In this document: in pieces, positions 24,943 to 39,244 of the stretch
How positions within the stretch are numbered: position 1 is the first letter of the stretch
How the letters are laid out: each line of letters starts with the position of its first letter
Source of the DNA: Octopus vulgaris
Lineage: Eukaryota
DNA: 64,000 nt
Reading direction: 5' to 3'
NCBI GenBank assembly: GCA_951406725.2
Contig: OX597814.1
Location: 214,272,001 to 214,336,000, forward strand
Program-made: the position numbers and the translations under genes
The notes under the pieces: generated by a model
The model's input: only the letters and a program-made list of their open reading frames with translations
What the model was told of the DNA's origin: nothing
Databases searched by the model: none

Positions 24943-25589
24943 ACAGAGGTGCAAATAATAAATGGAGAAACAGAGTGAGAGGAAAAAACAATTTACTAGA
25001 GTTACTGTTTGGTTCCAGGTTAGCTTTGGTCAAGCAGACTTATGAAAATGGCATTAACTGTTTTGTGTATGTAACATTAATATGGAGAAAACATGGGCAA
25101 AATAATTTGGAGAAAGGTATAGCATAAAATTTCTGTCTAGTTTTTATATAACAGCTTATCAAAATATAATAAAGAGTAAGATTTCTAAATATAAACATCT
25201 GTATAATAAATCTATGACCTGAAAATATGTTAAAGAGAGGGAATAAGTTTATTCTTCTTGCCATCTTATGTGTCTAAAAAGCAAAAACTATTTCTCCCAG
25301 TTAGGGGTCTCAAAAAGCTAGTTAACTGCTTTCGTTTAGCTCCGGTTCAGACCTGACCAACCAGATTATTTTTTTATCAAAATGATTCCAGCTATGACTA
25401 TCCTGCCATTCTGTCATTCCACAAGTACAGTTAACCCTGAACTACCTAATCCAATGTGTCTAGATTTTCTAATTGGTAGAGATTTCAAAGAAATTTACTA
25501 CCATTACTGCTGGTTGACTTACTTATCTACTATTTCCTTCTAGCATTAAATTAATGAAAAACATTTTTTTTCTCTATCATATGTAAACA

Positions 25590-26053
25590 CTCCAAGTGTT
25601 TGGTCACTACCCGGCCGTTGCTAGTGCCGCTGGACTGACTCCTGTGCAGGTGGCAAGTAAAGAAACACCATTTGAGGAGACCTATTGAGTCAAGTACATC
25701 AACATCAAAAATCAATGGAAATTATAGTTGTGATCCCTGTGCCGGTGGCACGTAAAGAGCACCAACCGAATGTGGCTGATACCAGCGCCGCCTTGACTGG
25801 CTTCCGTGCTGGTGGCACGTAAAAAGCACCAATCGATCGTGGCCGTTGCCAGCCTCCTCTGGCACCTGTGCCGGTGCCATGTAAAAAGCACCCACTACAC
25901 TCTCGGAGTGGTTGGCGTTGGTTGGCATTAGGAAGGGCATCCAGCTGTAGAAACACTGCCAGATCAGACTGGAGCCTGGTGCAGCCTTCCTAGACCCTGG
26001 TTGAACCGTCCAACCCATGCTAGCATGGAAAACGGACGTTAAATGATGATGAT
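25590..26053 (+). mobile_element. RTE 3'UTR-derived element (family C)
   Basis: Family C core with a (GAT)n tail. Confidence 0.75.
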
Positions 26054-27097
26054 ATATATAAGTGAAGCAACTACAAAAGCCAAATTAATTAAAAATTGTA
26101 TGAAGTCTGTAGTACAGAACAAGTTTGACCACTGGCAAGTGTCAGTGACAATTCCAGATATATTTCAGTCTTATTAGACCTCAGCAAAGCAAGCATACCA
26201 GTACTTCAAATTACGTATGCAGAGTTGTCATCCTTGCTTTTCTTGATTAGAATTAATAATTAAAGATAATGATCTATTTTTTCTTTTCATTAGGGACATT
26301 ATTTTGAATGACTAAGTATTTATTTAGACTTACAAAATTAAGTAAGTATCCATTTAACTATATGTGAAATGTATTTTAGTTTAGACATAATAGTAATATT
26401 AACTAAGAGATTGGTTGCTTGATCACAAAAATATATGAAGCAAATATACAGTATGCTATTTCTCCTTAATTCCACTTTTAATCTAATTACTTCATTGCAT
26501 ATCTTCTTTAATCTATACTACCATATCACTCACTACACTTTCACTCATACTATACACCTTATTTCTGATAAAAAGAAGGGATGGACAAGGTTCAAATGCT
26601 CTTACTCAATCAAAGCTGCCCTAGGGCTAAACAGCAACTTTTACCCATGTATGATCCCTTTATAAATATTTCATTTGGTTAAGAAGCTTGCTTCTCAAAC
26701 ACATGGTCTTGGGTTTAGTTCCACAGCATGGCACTGTGGGTAAGTGTCTTCTACTATAGATCCTCCAGGTCAATCAAAGCCTTGAGTAGATTTGATGGGT
26801 GGAAACTGAACAAAACCCATAGTGTGTGTGTGTTCGCATACACCTTTGTCTAGACATCACATGATGGTTGTAAATGCATATCAACATCATACAAGTGAGG
26901 TTGTTCATTTCACAATCTTTCATGATAAACATGTCTTGCTATGGGAGAATAATAATACCTTACCTGAAAACAGGTGAGGGTTGGCAGAAGGAAGAGCATC
27001 CAGCTGTAGAAAATTTGCCTCAACAAATTCCATCTGACCCATGCAAGTATGGAAAAGTGGGCATTAAATGATGATGATGATGATGGTAGTACAGTCA

Positions 27098-27701
27098 ATA
27101 AAAGGTGGCGAGCTGGCAGAATCGTTAGCACGCCAGGTGAAATGCTTAGCGGTATTTCGTCTGCGTTACGTTGTGAGTTCAAATCCCGCCGAGGTCAACT
27201 TTGCCTTTCATCCTTTCGGGGTCCATAAATTAAGTACCAGTTACGCACTGGAGTCGATGTAATCGATTTAATACCTATGTCTGTCCTTGTTTCTCCCCTC
27301 TGTGTTTAGCCCCTTGTGGGTAATAAAGAAATAGGTGTTTCGTCTGCCGTTACATTGTGAGTTCAAATTCTGCCGAAGTCGACTTTACCTTTCATCCTTT
27401 CGGGGTCAATAAATTAAGTACCAGTTACGCACTGGGGTCAGTGTAATCGACTTAATACCTATGTCTGTCCTTGTTTGTCCCCTCTGTGTTTAGCCCCTTG
27501 TGGGTAATAAAGAAATAGGTATTTCGTCTGCCGTTACGTTGTGAGTTCAAATTCCACCAAGGTCGACTTTGCTTTTCATCCTTTCGGGGTCGATAAATTA
27601 AGTACCAGTTACGCACTGGGGTCAGTGTAATCGACTTAATACCTATGTCTGTCTTTGTTTGTCCCCTCTGTGTTTAGCCCCTTGTGGGTAATAAAGAAAT
27701 A
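27098..27701 (+). mobile_element. SINE family B tandem trimer
   Basis: One head plus three body units; 13-bp TSD ggtagtacagtca (27085-27097, 27702-27714). Confidence 0.85.
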
Positions 27702-27751
27702 GGTAGTACAGTCAGTACTCTTGCAAATATTGTCACCTAAATGCATTGTCA

Positions 27752-27780
<29 letters not shown>

Positions 27781-27783
<3 letters not shown>

Positions 27784-28990
27784 CAAAGACCAAAGTATTA
27801 GTAAGCAGCAAGAGGTACTCAACACACATCCCCTCGGGTAGGTGGCCCTGCTCAACCTGTAGGAAAGGTACAGGTAGAAACTCCATAAGATGCACCCAAT
27901 GTAAGTTATGGACACATAAGAGGTGCAGCAACATTAAAGGGAAATTAACAGATAAGATAGCTTTCATGTGCGGCAGATGCACAGGGACAATAGACACAAC
28001 AGACACTCAGAAAACAGATTCCATCACACTCCAGGGAGAGAAACTAGAAGTAGTTGATAGTTTCCGCTACCTGGGAGACCAAGTTAGTAGTGGAGGTGGA
28101 TGCACAGAGAGTATCACCACTAGAATACGAATAGCCTGGGCAAAGTTCAGAAAGCTCCTACCCCTACTGGCAACAAAAGGCCTCTCCCTCAGAGCAAAAG
28201 GTAGATTGTATGATGCATGTGTGCGAACTGCCATGCTTCACGGTAATGAAACATGGGCTGTGACTGCAGAAGACATGCGTAGACTTGAAAGAAATGAAGC
28301 TAGCATGATCCGCTGGATGTGTAATGTCAGTGTGCACGCAAAACAGAGTGTAAGTATCCTGAGAGAAATGCTGGATATAAGAAGCATCAGATGTGGTGTG
28401 CAAGAGCGACGCTTGCGATGGTATGGTCATGTGCTGCGGATGGATGAAGAGAGATGTGTGAAGAAGTGCCACTCCCAAACAGTTGAAGGTATCAGGGGAG
28501 AGGTAGACCCAGGAAGACATGGGATGAGGTGGTCAAGCATGACCTCAGAGCATTGGGCCTCACTGAGGCAATGGCGAAGGACCGAGATCTCTGGAGATAT
28601 GCTGTGACTACAAAGACCCGGGCTGCTTTCTGCAGCAATTCCACATACCCCCTACCCATTCTAAGTACCCCGGATCCCCAAAGTACCCTGGATCCCCAAA
28701 GTACCCCGATCCCCAAAGTACCCCGGACCTCGTTGCCCCCGTGCCGCTGACACGTTAAAATGCTCGAACCGATCGTGACGATGCCGGACCCTCCGGCCCC
28801 TGTGCAGGTGGCACGTAAAAAGCACCCAATCCACTCACGGAGTGGTTGGCGTTAGGAAGGGCATCCAGCCGTAGAAACTCTGCCAGATTCAGACTGGAGC
28901 CTGGAGCGGCCCCTGGCTTCCCAGACCCGGTCAAACCGTCCAACCCGTGCTAGCGCGGAAAGCGGACGTTAAACGATGATGATGATGATG
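27781..28990 (+). mobile_element. RTE-clade LINE, second subfamily, 5'-truncated
   Basis: Protein highly similar to 14870-15716 (WPCSTCRKG, FRYLGDQ, RRLRWYGHV); the 3'UTR has a ~20-bp tandem repeat at 28664-28725 and a (GAT)n tail. Confidence 0.9.
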
Positions 28991-29342
28991 ATATATATAT
29001 ACACTGAAACTGTCACTCACAGTCAGGAGGTTGTACATGCATCAGACAGGATTTAAAATATTCTGTCTTTGTTGCTGATCTGTTTTCATTCGCCACATTT
29101 TAAAGTAATACAACATTAGCGGTAACACTTATCTGATAATCTGTCCTTTGTGTCAAAAGAGGTAGCAATTACCTAAACTGCTCAAATATCTTTTTATTCT
29201 GCCCAAAACACAACACTATCACTAATTCCATCCTCAGCATTCGTTACATCATCTAAGTAGCATTTTTTACATACTACATCCGGTTATAAAAATCAAGCAG
29301 TTCATATTCTCCAGTCCTTTGTTCATCACTCAGTCACACATG

Positions 29343-29373
<31 letters not shown>

Positions 29374-29944
29374 CTGTAACCTCTCTCTCTTTCGGAGAGG
29401 CACTGAGCACCTACATGCACACATACACACACGGCAGTAACTTCCGCCTGCCGAATCCAATCTCAAAGCTTCGGTCGACTCGGGGCTATAGCGGAAGACA
29501 CCTGGCCAAAGCGCCCCGCAGTGGGACTGAACCCGAAACCATGTAGCTGGTAAGCAAGCCCCCTAACCACACAGCCATGCCCACGCCTACTACATTTATA
29601 ATATTTTGAGTTGTTGCTATATTTCACACCTCACTGCTGCCTTATTTGCACATTGATTGCTCTTCCTATACAATATTTACTTCATTACTACAAAGAGACG
29701 ACTATTTTCTTTGCATTCAAAGTATTTACTACTGTGCTGCAGTTGGTCAATATGAATTATTGACTTGTTTCCTGTCACAGACACTATACTGTAATATTTG
29801 GCAAAGACAGCTTGTAATGGCTCAATCTACTTAGAGATTAACCACGTACCAAGGGGAGGTACATTTTTACCACTTACAGTAATAAGAATACTTTATAACT
29901 GTTGCTTTGTTAATTTATAGCATTGGCCTTAAATCCTCCTTTAA

Positions 29945-30164
29945 CCCTTTCGTTACCAACCTGGCCAAAACCGGCTCTGGTTCTGAGTTCAAATGTCTTA
30001 TTTTCATAAGTTTTGAATTAAAATCTTCCATCAAACTTTACTCACAATTTATGTTCCTAACTCCAGCTTAACGATAACGAAGTTATTTTACTAAATTCTT
30101 CCTTATATTTAAAGTAATTGAAAGAAACACAGAGCATCACAAAATAAATACAGTAACGAAAGGG
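29945..30164. mobile_element. piggyBac-type MITE (family 2)
   Basis: Perfect 12-bp TIR CCCTTTCGTTAC/GTAACGAAAGGG with TTAA on both sides. Confidence 0.85.
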
Positions 30165-30774
30165 TTAACCATTGAACATTTAAACAGGCCATGTCTGGCC
30201 CAGATATTCTCCTTGCTTTATGTTCAAGCCATACACATCTGGCTTCTCACACTTACACTACAATGTCTTTCTAAAAATAATAATCACATCATAAAAATCT
30301 CAAAGCTACAAGATAATGCATGATTAATTCAAACCAATATGTTGTTATGTTCTGTTTGATTTTAAAATACATTACACTACCAAACTAAATGACCGCCATA
30401 CATTTTTATTATTTCATCAGTAGTAATATACATATATTTTTTGCTACTTAGTCTAGGAGAGAAGGACTTCAAGGACTAGTTGGAGGAAGGGATGAATGAA
30501 GTTATCCTAACATCAAATGCTTACTAGAAAATGAACTCACTTTGTTAAAGGTTCCCAGGTGATGGTAGTTTAAACTGAGTAACAAATTAAGCCTACAACT
30601 GAAGAACTCAGAATATAAAGAACAGGATCAAATATTTGAAGTCATCTCATGGAATTCACTAACATTTCTATCAATTCACTACTTTGAATTGTCACTTTAT
30701 TTTATCAACCACCAAAAGAGTGAAAAGAAAAGTTGCCCATGTTAAGATTTGAACTCAGAGCCTGAACAAATACC

Positions 30775-31002
30775 TATTTCTTTACTACCCACAAGGGGGC
30801 TAAACACAGAGAGGACAAACAAGGACAGACAAATGGATTAAGTCTATTATATCGACCCCAGTGTTTAACTGGTACTTAATTTAATCGACCCCGAAAGGAT
30901 GAAAGGCAAAGTCGACCTCGGCGGAATTTGAACTCAGAACGTAACGGCAGACGAAATACGGCTACACATTTCGCCCGGCGTGCTAACGTTTTTGCCAGCT
31001 CG
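30775..31002 (-). mobile_element. SINE family B nested in an older family B copy
   Basis: TSD cctgaacaaatacc at 30761-30774 and 31003-31016; degenerate family B sequence on both flanks. Confidence 0.75.
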
Positions 31003-31812
31003 CCTGAACAAATACCACAAGGCATTTTGCCTGAAGGTAACAATTTTGTCACTTTGCGGGCAATGTAACAGGGAACTTATGAGAACAAAGGGATTATAAA
31101 ATAAATATTTCCTACCTTTTAAGATAGAAAATAGCTAAGAATAATTAATTTCCAATAAATTCTAAAGAGCTGAAACAAGAAACTAGTCTGCAAAACTAAA
31201 TGCAATTTGCTAATCTTTGCCATGAACACCACAACTCTTTAAGCAAACACTAACAAACTGGATGGCAAAACAAATGCAACATACTCTGACTATGCTTCTA
31301 TACTCTGCATAAAAATAAAATTATAGTTTGACCCAGACAAGCATGAAATGTGGCATATCCAAGCATAGTGAGCAATTGGTTGTTCTTAACCATATAACAC
31401 TTGAACTATCAATGTACAGAAAATTATTTATTGGTCTTTTTCAACTCAGAGGTAATTAACAATTAAAATTTTCTACATATACTTATTTGAATTGTTCAAA
31501 TCTCTGATAATATAATTGCTTACAAAAAATAATCTTGTTCATTCATAAAGGCTCTTAGAGCTTATCCAATCTTTCAAGTTTGTCATTTTCTTCCCATACC
31601 AATGTTATATTTGAATAATAATTATTATTAACAATAAGTGTAAAAAGGTTAAGGATTCAATAAGTTTACATGAATAGAGTTGACAGAGCTAACAATTCTT
31701 CACTAAATATATTATCTTAACTTGTAATCCAGCAAATATTCAGATTTTTCTTTTGAATTGTAATACTGTTGAAGTTGTCTGTATTCAACAAAATGAGAAA
31801 TAAATCCAAGCA

Positions 31813-32200
31813 TATCATCATCATCATCATTTAACGTCCATTGTCCGTGCTGGCATGGGTTGGACAGTTTGACTGGTCTGACACACTTGAAGGCTGCACC
31901 AGGCTCCAGTCTGATTTGGCATGGTTCTCTATGGCTGGATGCCCTTCCTGATGCCAACCACTCTGAGAGTGTAATGGGTGTTTTGCATGCCACTGGCACA
32001 TGTACCATTTGCACGAGACTGGGGTGCTTTTATGTGCCACCAGCACAGGTGCCAATTTGTATGATACCAGTATCTGCCACGGTTTTGATTTTGCTTGGCT
32101 TGATGGGTCTTCTTCTCAAGCATGACATAATGCCAAAGGTCTCGGTCACTGCCTCCCTGAGGCCCAACTCTTGAAAGGAACTCGGCCACTTTACCTCAAA
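31813..32200 (-). mobile_element. RTE 3'UTR-derived element (family C), diverged
   Basis: (CAT)n start followed by the family C core. Confidence 0.7.
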
Positions 32201-33289
32201 TGAATATCGGGAGAAAGAGATCTGGGTTAGATATTGACTATGTAAATACTTGAAAAAAGTGGAAATGAAGTATTAATGGTATAGAATAAATGAAAGTGGT
32301 TGCCTCATTTGGCTGCAGACACAATACGGACTGTAAAATGATTCATATTAAGAGCATTCTACAATAGAAATGTTGAAATCAGAACATAAAAGTGGAATGT
32401 GTTCCCTAACCCACCTATAAGGCCAGTAACTCCAAATAACAACTGATCTCTATCCATCTGGCCCTTCAAACCCATGCTAGCATGGTAAAGCAAATATAAA
32501 TTGTTGATAGATGCACTCAACTTTCATAAATGAAAAACAGACAAATCGTCAGTTTGAGGAGTTAACCTATATTTAATTAATATAACACATCACATGACCA
32601 TTACAAGTATCTGAACCTAGTTGAAGACCATTCCCAGATAAAACAGGGTTCAACCTTGTAGCCAATGTAATAGGAAGCTGCCTCATCAATTGGCACTGAT
32701 GCTGATGATGTAGAAGTCAAATCTTTTTCCATTGAGGATTGTCTGCATCAGTCAGTACCATCACCTACCCACAACCCTGATCAATGCACTGACACTCCAA
32801 ATACTCTTAACTTCTTTCTAACTTTCAAACCCAAATTTTATCCGGCCACCCACACATCAGCCACCCATTAGATTTGATGACAGCAGCTAAGCCTGGAGTA
32901 TTACAAGTTAACAACTGGTGAGAATTCTGCCAATCTCATACTGACTACTCCAGGCAGTAAATATACTTTGACCTCAACCCATCCAAAGCACATAATGAAA
33001 GCCATAAACCTATCAAAATTTACCTGTAGCAATAGCAATGAAGAACACTATTTAGAACACCTAGAGGATGTCTCTAACTTCCTACCAACTAGAAGGCTTA
33101 ATTTTCAATATTCTTATGTCTTCTATTTACAACTTAGACATCTCAAACCAGAACAGTACTGCTTTCATAAATAGAAACCTTAAAAGTTTCCTTCATTTGG
33201 AAATTGACAATCTCGTTTCTTTTAACAGCAAAATCACTACACATTATTACGATAATAACATCTAGTTAAAAACAACACACAAACATCTC

Positions 33290-33698
33290 AGTGCAACCAA
33301 ACGCATACCCTCCATCAGACACCTACCATATTCTGAGTGCCTTGTTTCCCTGGGCATGGATTCACTGAAGCTCCGGCGTCTGGCGACGGACTTGGTAAGC
33401 ACCCACAAAGTTATCAACCACCTCACCAACAACAACACTGAACACCTTTTTGATCTCCATGTGTCTAACACACGTGGACATGCCTACAAAGTCAGAAAAC
33501 AACACAGCTCCCATGACTTTCGGAAACATTTTTTCACGCTCAGAGTTGCTGAAGCATGGAACAAACTGCCTGCATCAGTTGTTGACTGCCATGACACTGC
33601 ATCCTTTAAGGCCCTCATGCTTTCCGAAATCCGCCGAAACTACACCTGATTATATATACACTTTAGATGAGTTGTAGTGCACCTGAGCACTGTACACA

Positions 33699-33735
<37 letters not shown>
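33290..33735 (+). mobile_element. CR1-like LINE ORF2 C-terminus, 3'UTR and (ATT)n tail
   Basis: SLKLRRLATDL...TRGHAYK...RKHFFTLRVAEAWNKLP motif. Confidence 0.85.
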
Positions 33736-33736
<1 letters not shown>

Positions 33737-36700
33737 ATGCTAGATCTCACATACTTTGAAAATTTCTCATTGTGACTCTCACATAACATTGCCTAAACTA
33801 CATCCAAAAGAGACTACAATTCTTCTTTGAGGCAGAAACCACATCAGCCTTGATTAGCGGATGAATCTTGACAAACTCACCACAAACCACATAATTAAGT
33901 GCTGTACACATCAGGATGGCTTACTGCTACATACACACACACACACACACAATGTTGATCGCATCCGAACAAGGCCTTTCTTGTATGGGTTCACTTAATG
34001 TGTTACAACCTTCTATTTCTATTACAATAGTCTCTGTGACAAAGACTCTGTTCCTCATCCTGATACATTCCCATCTTCCAAGCTTTGCACTAAAGAATTT
34101 TCTCAACTCTCCTTCATAAGACTGCTACTCTCTGGAATACCATCTGTACACACATTCTTCTTGCAGACAGAGATCAAAAGATGTTCAAACTGAATGTCAA
34201 GAATATTGGGGGAAAAAATGTAAAAAAAAAATAAATAAATAAACAGAAGAGGCATGGACTCCACAGGGGCAGCAAAGGCGACTTATCCTGATGAGTAGTA
34301 ACTCTGAAAGGAATAAAAAACTATTATACTTCTATTTTTACCTCTACAATGCCTTATAGATCAACCCAGTATTTATCTGGTATTTCATTTTATTGATCGG
34401 CGGTGGGGGTGAAAGGTAAAGTTGATCTCAGCTGGATTTAAAATCAGGAGTAAAATGCCATTTCTAAATTCCTGGAGACATTTGTCCAATGCTTAAAACA
34501 CGTCAGCCAATTCACTGCAGACTCTGTGATAGGATAAAATTAATCCCGACCACACTGTAAAATGGTTGGTGATAGGAAAGATATCCAGATGGAAAAACAA
34601 ATGATAAATGATGATGATGATAAGCGAAAATGACGATCAAAATACAGACGTAGGAAGCAGTCAACAAATTCTCACTAGTTTGCAAATAAAGTTTAAATGA
34701 CTGAATTCAAATGCTCTTGTGATGAATTTGTATCATGCCAATTTTTACATAGCAACAACAAATAATAACTATGGGGATTCGAAGGAAAAACAAGTCTATG
34801 ACGATTTCCTAGACAGAAGATAAAGCTTCAGGAAATAAAATGCATCTATGAAAATAACCAACCCTAATTTTTTTCATACATAACAAAACATATATATGAG
34901 TTGTATAATTTTTCAAAGCGAGTTATTTGCTCATCAAGTTTGTGCCATTATTTGCAATGTTTCAAGAGTTTATAGCTATACACACATCTCCAGTTAAATG
35001 GAATAGGATAAATCATATATCTGACATGTAGAGAGAGAATGTTGACATGTCACTACATATTTATTCAGTCTGGATTGCAAATTAATATGCACCTGTCAAA
35101 TTTTTCTCACTGACAGTTGTTATTAAGTCGTTTTAACACCTCTTTTTGCGAGTATATATTTGTTAGTAGCTAACTACTACTAAAAAATAGCGAATCTGAA
35201 TTTCTTTTGTTCTATATGTGTGTCTGTATAACATATATAAACATTTCTGTATAAAATTCATCATGTATTTGTCCCCCAACATCGCTTGACAACCGATGCT
35301 GGTGTGTTTACGTCCCAGTAACTTAGCGGTTCGGCAAAAGAGACCGATAGAATAAGTACTGGGCTTACAAAGAATAAGTCTTGGGGTTATTTGCTCCACT
35401 AAAGGCAGTATCCCAGCATGGCAGCAGACAAATGACCGAAACAAGTATAAAAGAATTAAAGAATAAATTCAGGCCTTTAATTCCCCCATTGAAAATTTCT
35501 TTTCAATCATGCTCGTTCTTCCACAGGAGAGAATGGATTTGACCGACTTTAATAAACATTACTAAAAGATATTGCTAGTAAAGTTACTTTTTGGAACGGA
35601 GACCACAGAGTGTCGCATAACATACTTTTTCTCTTTTCATTTTTCTCCCCCGTAGGAATAGTTCTCTAAATTCCATTTATTTTGGACTCCAGCCAAAATG
35701 TTATCAGGAGTTTTATGTTCAACAGTAATTAAACTGTCGAGATAAATCAATAGTTTTTGCAGGAGTCCTTATCACATAGAAAACCCACACCAGTCGTACA
35801 TTATTAGAACTGTGCATTGAGAGTACAATGGCAAATTGTCAGGAATTACACAATATTACTCTTCTACTATACAAAATTTTAATTAAATTTTCAATGGGGG
35901 AATTAAAGGCCTTAATTTATTCTTTTGTTTGTTTCGGTCATTTGACTGCGGCCATGCTGGGGCACTGCCTTTAGTCGAGCAAATAACCCCAGAACATATT
36001 ACTATGAAATTACAATCACACACAAATGTTTTAGCAGCCCACCAGATTCTAAAATTAAAATTAACCCCACCTGTATTCTTCTAATGCAAATCCAAATAAA
36101 TTATGAACTCTAACAAATTATAGTTCTGATCTTATTTTTCTCACCTTCAGAAGTTGGGAATTAGAGGGGTGTAGAGAATCTTCCAGGTGTATTTTCCTTC
36201 TTTGCTTTACAATTAATTAAGTGATGAATCAAATGATACAATATGTTGGAATTAATCAGAATTACTTTTGGTTAAAGTATCATAACAGCAAGCCTTGTAA
36301 TGAATTAAGTAAGAGCTGAATCATAATGTTAAAGTTATATCGTATTTTTTTTTTTAATATCCCACTCCGTACAAAAAGGGTTATTTAGAAATATCCACAT
36401 TTCAATAAAAGCATATTTCCCTGCCAAAACACTCCAACAAAATGTATAGCTATGAAAATTAGTAAAAAGGGGTTAGGATTTTATTTATAAGAAATACATC
36501 ACGGGATCGTCACGCTCAATTCAACAGGTTTGTTTAAAACCTGTCAGCAATATTAGTACGGTGTGTGCCCTTAAAAAGATATCAAGTCAATTATTTGTGA
36601 CCTAAATGTTAATTATTATATCTGGTATGAATATCTTAGAGCTTCATTAATTTTGATTTCCCTCATTTTCTCTTTTGTCCATAAAGATTTCTCACGTACA

Positions 36701-36980
36701 GGTACATTACTGAAAATCTTCATATGGGAATAGAAGCACTGACTCTTTGAATTCTGACACTTTTCATATTTGTATTTGTTTTGTAAGAGAAATACAGTTA
36801 TATATTTTACAGATCCACAAATGATGACTGTTATCATTAAGGCAATTATCAAAATAAAAGAGCGCAAAAAAATAAGCATGAGCACAAATTAGAATGAACT
36901 CGTATTTAAGGAAAAGAAGAAAAAAAACAGTAAAGAACAATGGGGAGTAGAATGAACTTGAAAAAATTATACTTTCCTAC

Positions 36981-37636
36981 CTAATAAGATCCATCATACG
37001 GTTTCCATTAATATAATACATGATATTTCCGTGTATGGACTCGAGATGTCTGTTAGAACAAAGATCGGACAGTTTGGAATCCAGGTGACATTTCTGAAGA
37101 CAAATCTTTTTATTTTCTGTCGTGTCCAAATAATCCTCGGATGATCCCAAAAGAGGTTGTCTCTCGTTTTCAGTGCTATGTGAACCAACGCGAACATAAT
37201 ATCCGATTAATAATCCCATAAGGAAAATAATTAGAATAGCCAAACCAATTAAAACTAATGTCGAGTTTGAACCACAGGATCCGTGGCGGCTTCGGGTGGT
37301 TCGGAAAACATTAGTTGAAAGGGGAAGAGGTGAGTAATTGGCACTTAACAAAGATGAATTGCTGGTTCCGTTACAGTTTTTATCATGAGCACCACTGCAG
37401 CTACTGATCCAGTTGTAAGGTCCTTTATAACATAAAGGTATTGAAGAGCTGCTACTGTGAGCTAAAAGCTGTTGAACTTCGTTGTCGTCTTCAGTATGAC
37501 CCATTGTGGTCGCAGATACTGCACTCCATGGTTCCGATAAATGTCTGTTTGATTCAGTAGAAGTCCTTTTGCAATATATATCTTCATCGAAGTTTACAGT
37601 AGCCAAGTCTAAAGACGAGAGCCTATCCGTCGCCAT
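36981..37636 (-). CDS. NAALADL2: NAALADL2-like coding exon 1 (cytoplasmic tail, TM anchor, stalk)
   Basis: ATG at 37636 (aatATGG); TM segment LVLIGLAILIIFLMGLLIGYYV resembles NAALADL2 GILIGYYV (from recall); donor AG|GTAGGA, phase 2, fits exon 2. Confidence 0.85.
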
Positions 37637-39244
37637 ATTTATCACACCTGTATTGTCCTATTAAAGTAATCACAGGTGGAGAAAGGTAAGAGTGATAAGT
37701 TGTGCTCACGGCACACACTTCATTGTTCTTTTCCTCCTTCTTCAAAAGAACTTAACATAATCATGCTACATTGAAATGTAAACAATCATAAAAGAAAAGA
37801 GAAGCCTCGTAAATTAAACACGTTCATGGGTAGACGTGTTTGGAAGAACATAAGTAAACAAGAGCAAAGGGCTGACAAGCAAGAGAGCAACTTGCAAATC
37901 CGCTCCGTCTAATCTTTTCTAGCGTTGTGAGCCAGAGCTGATTATAAAGTTTTGTTGTCAGCAGTCAATTTGGCCGACCACCTAGATATTTCTCTCCCTT
38001 CCTTCTTTATTCGCCTGACAATAATATATTAGATATATATTAGATATTTTATCTTAGTTATAGAGAGAAGTATGTATTTAAAATAATACATACGGGTTTT
38101 AAAAGCAAAAACGACAAAGCAAATTAAAACGAATAATTAAATTAAATTAATCAATAATGAAATTAAAACTAATTCACTGGTTATTAAAAAGAAACAAACT
38201 TTTTTAGCTGGTAGAATTGATAGCACGCCGGACAAAATGCTTAGCGGCATTTCGTCCGTCTTTACGTTCCGAGTTCAAATTTCGCCAAATTTTGCCTTTC
38301 ATCCTTTCGAAGGTCGATAGTAGATTAACACCCGCCTATAAAAATTTTTGGCTTTGTGCCTATAGTAGAAAGGATGTTGGTAGCGAGCTGGCAGAATCGT
38401 TAGCACGCCAGGTAAAATGCTTAGCGGCATTTAATCCCGTCTTTACGTTCTGAGTTCAAATTCCGCTGAGGTCGACTTTGCCATTCTTCCTTTCGGGGTC
38501 GATAAAATAAGTACCAGTTTTGCACTCAGGTCGATGTAATCGACTTACCACACGCCACCACCAACAACAAAAAAAAAAAATTCAAGCCTTGTGCCTTTAG
38601 TAGAAATGATAGATAGAAAGTATTTAAAATTTACTTTTATTTTTCCACAGAGAGCTAGGACAATTTACATATAGGCCTAAGGCGAAAACCTCAGTGATTA
38701 CTACAAAGCTTAATTGATATTTTTAAAGTGGGTATCTCGTCCGTAAATCTATAGGAGAATGAAATTACATCACATTTATACCTTTCGTTATACAAGTTAA
38801 TATCCCTTCGCTATTTTTGCACTTGAACGAAAGTAATTTACGTTAGATCGAATCCTATGGACTTTTACGGCTATCAGTATCGATCCTTTCAATTTTATAA
38901 CATGGAAACTTGCGCTCGAAGTTAAAAACTAACGGTACTTTTACTACATATTAACAGAAATTAATTTATGAATTTACCAATTTATTTTACTGAAAAGTCA
39001 TCGACTTAATAATGTTCGTGGGGTATCACGTCCGTATTCGGAAGGGATTACTCTAATTAGGTATTAGTCATCATATATTAACATAATTTCAATGCCAGTT
39101 TTAGTTAGGAAACAAAAGAGAAAAAAACATTTGTTCACACACACACCTTGCGTGTGTGTGTGTGCGCGCGTGTGTGTAAGTCGTCTAAAAGTCCATATGT
39201 TAGGAAAAAAATGCACTCGTATATGTCAATAGAGTGGGTATATT

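Noticed and set aside
34285-34320. CTGATGA...GAAAG, hammerhead-like
   Set aside because: No convincing stems I, II or III.
38727-39036. Direct repeat gtggg(g)tatc(t/a)cgtccgta about 290 bp apart
   Set aside because: Probably subterminal repeats of a DNA transposon relic; no termini or TSD could be defined.
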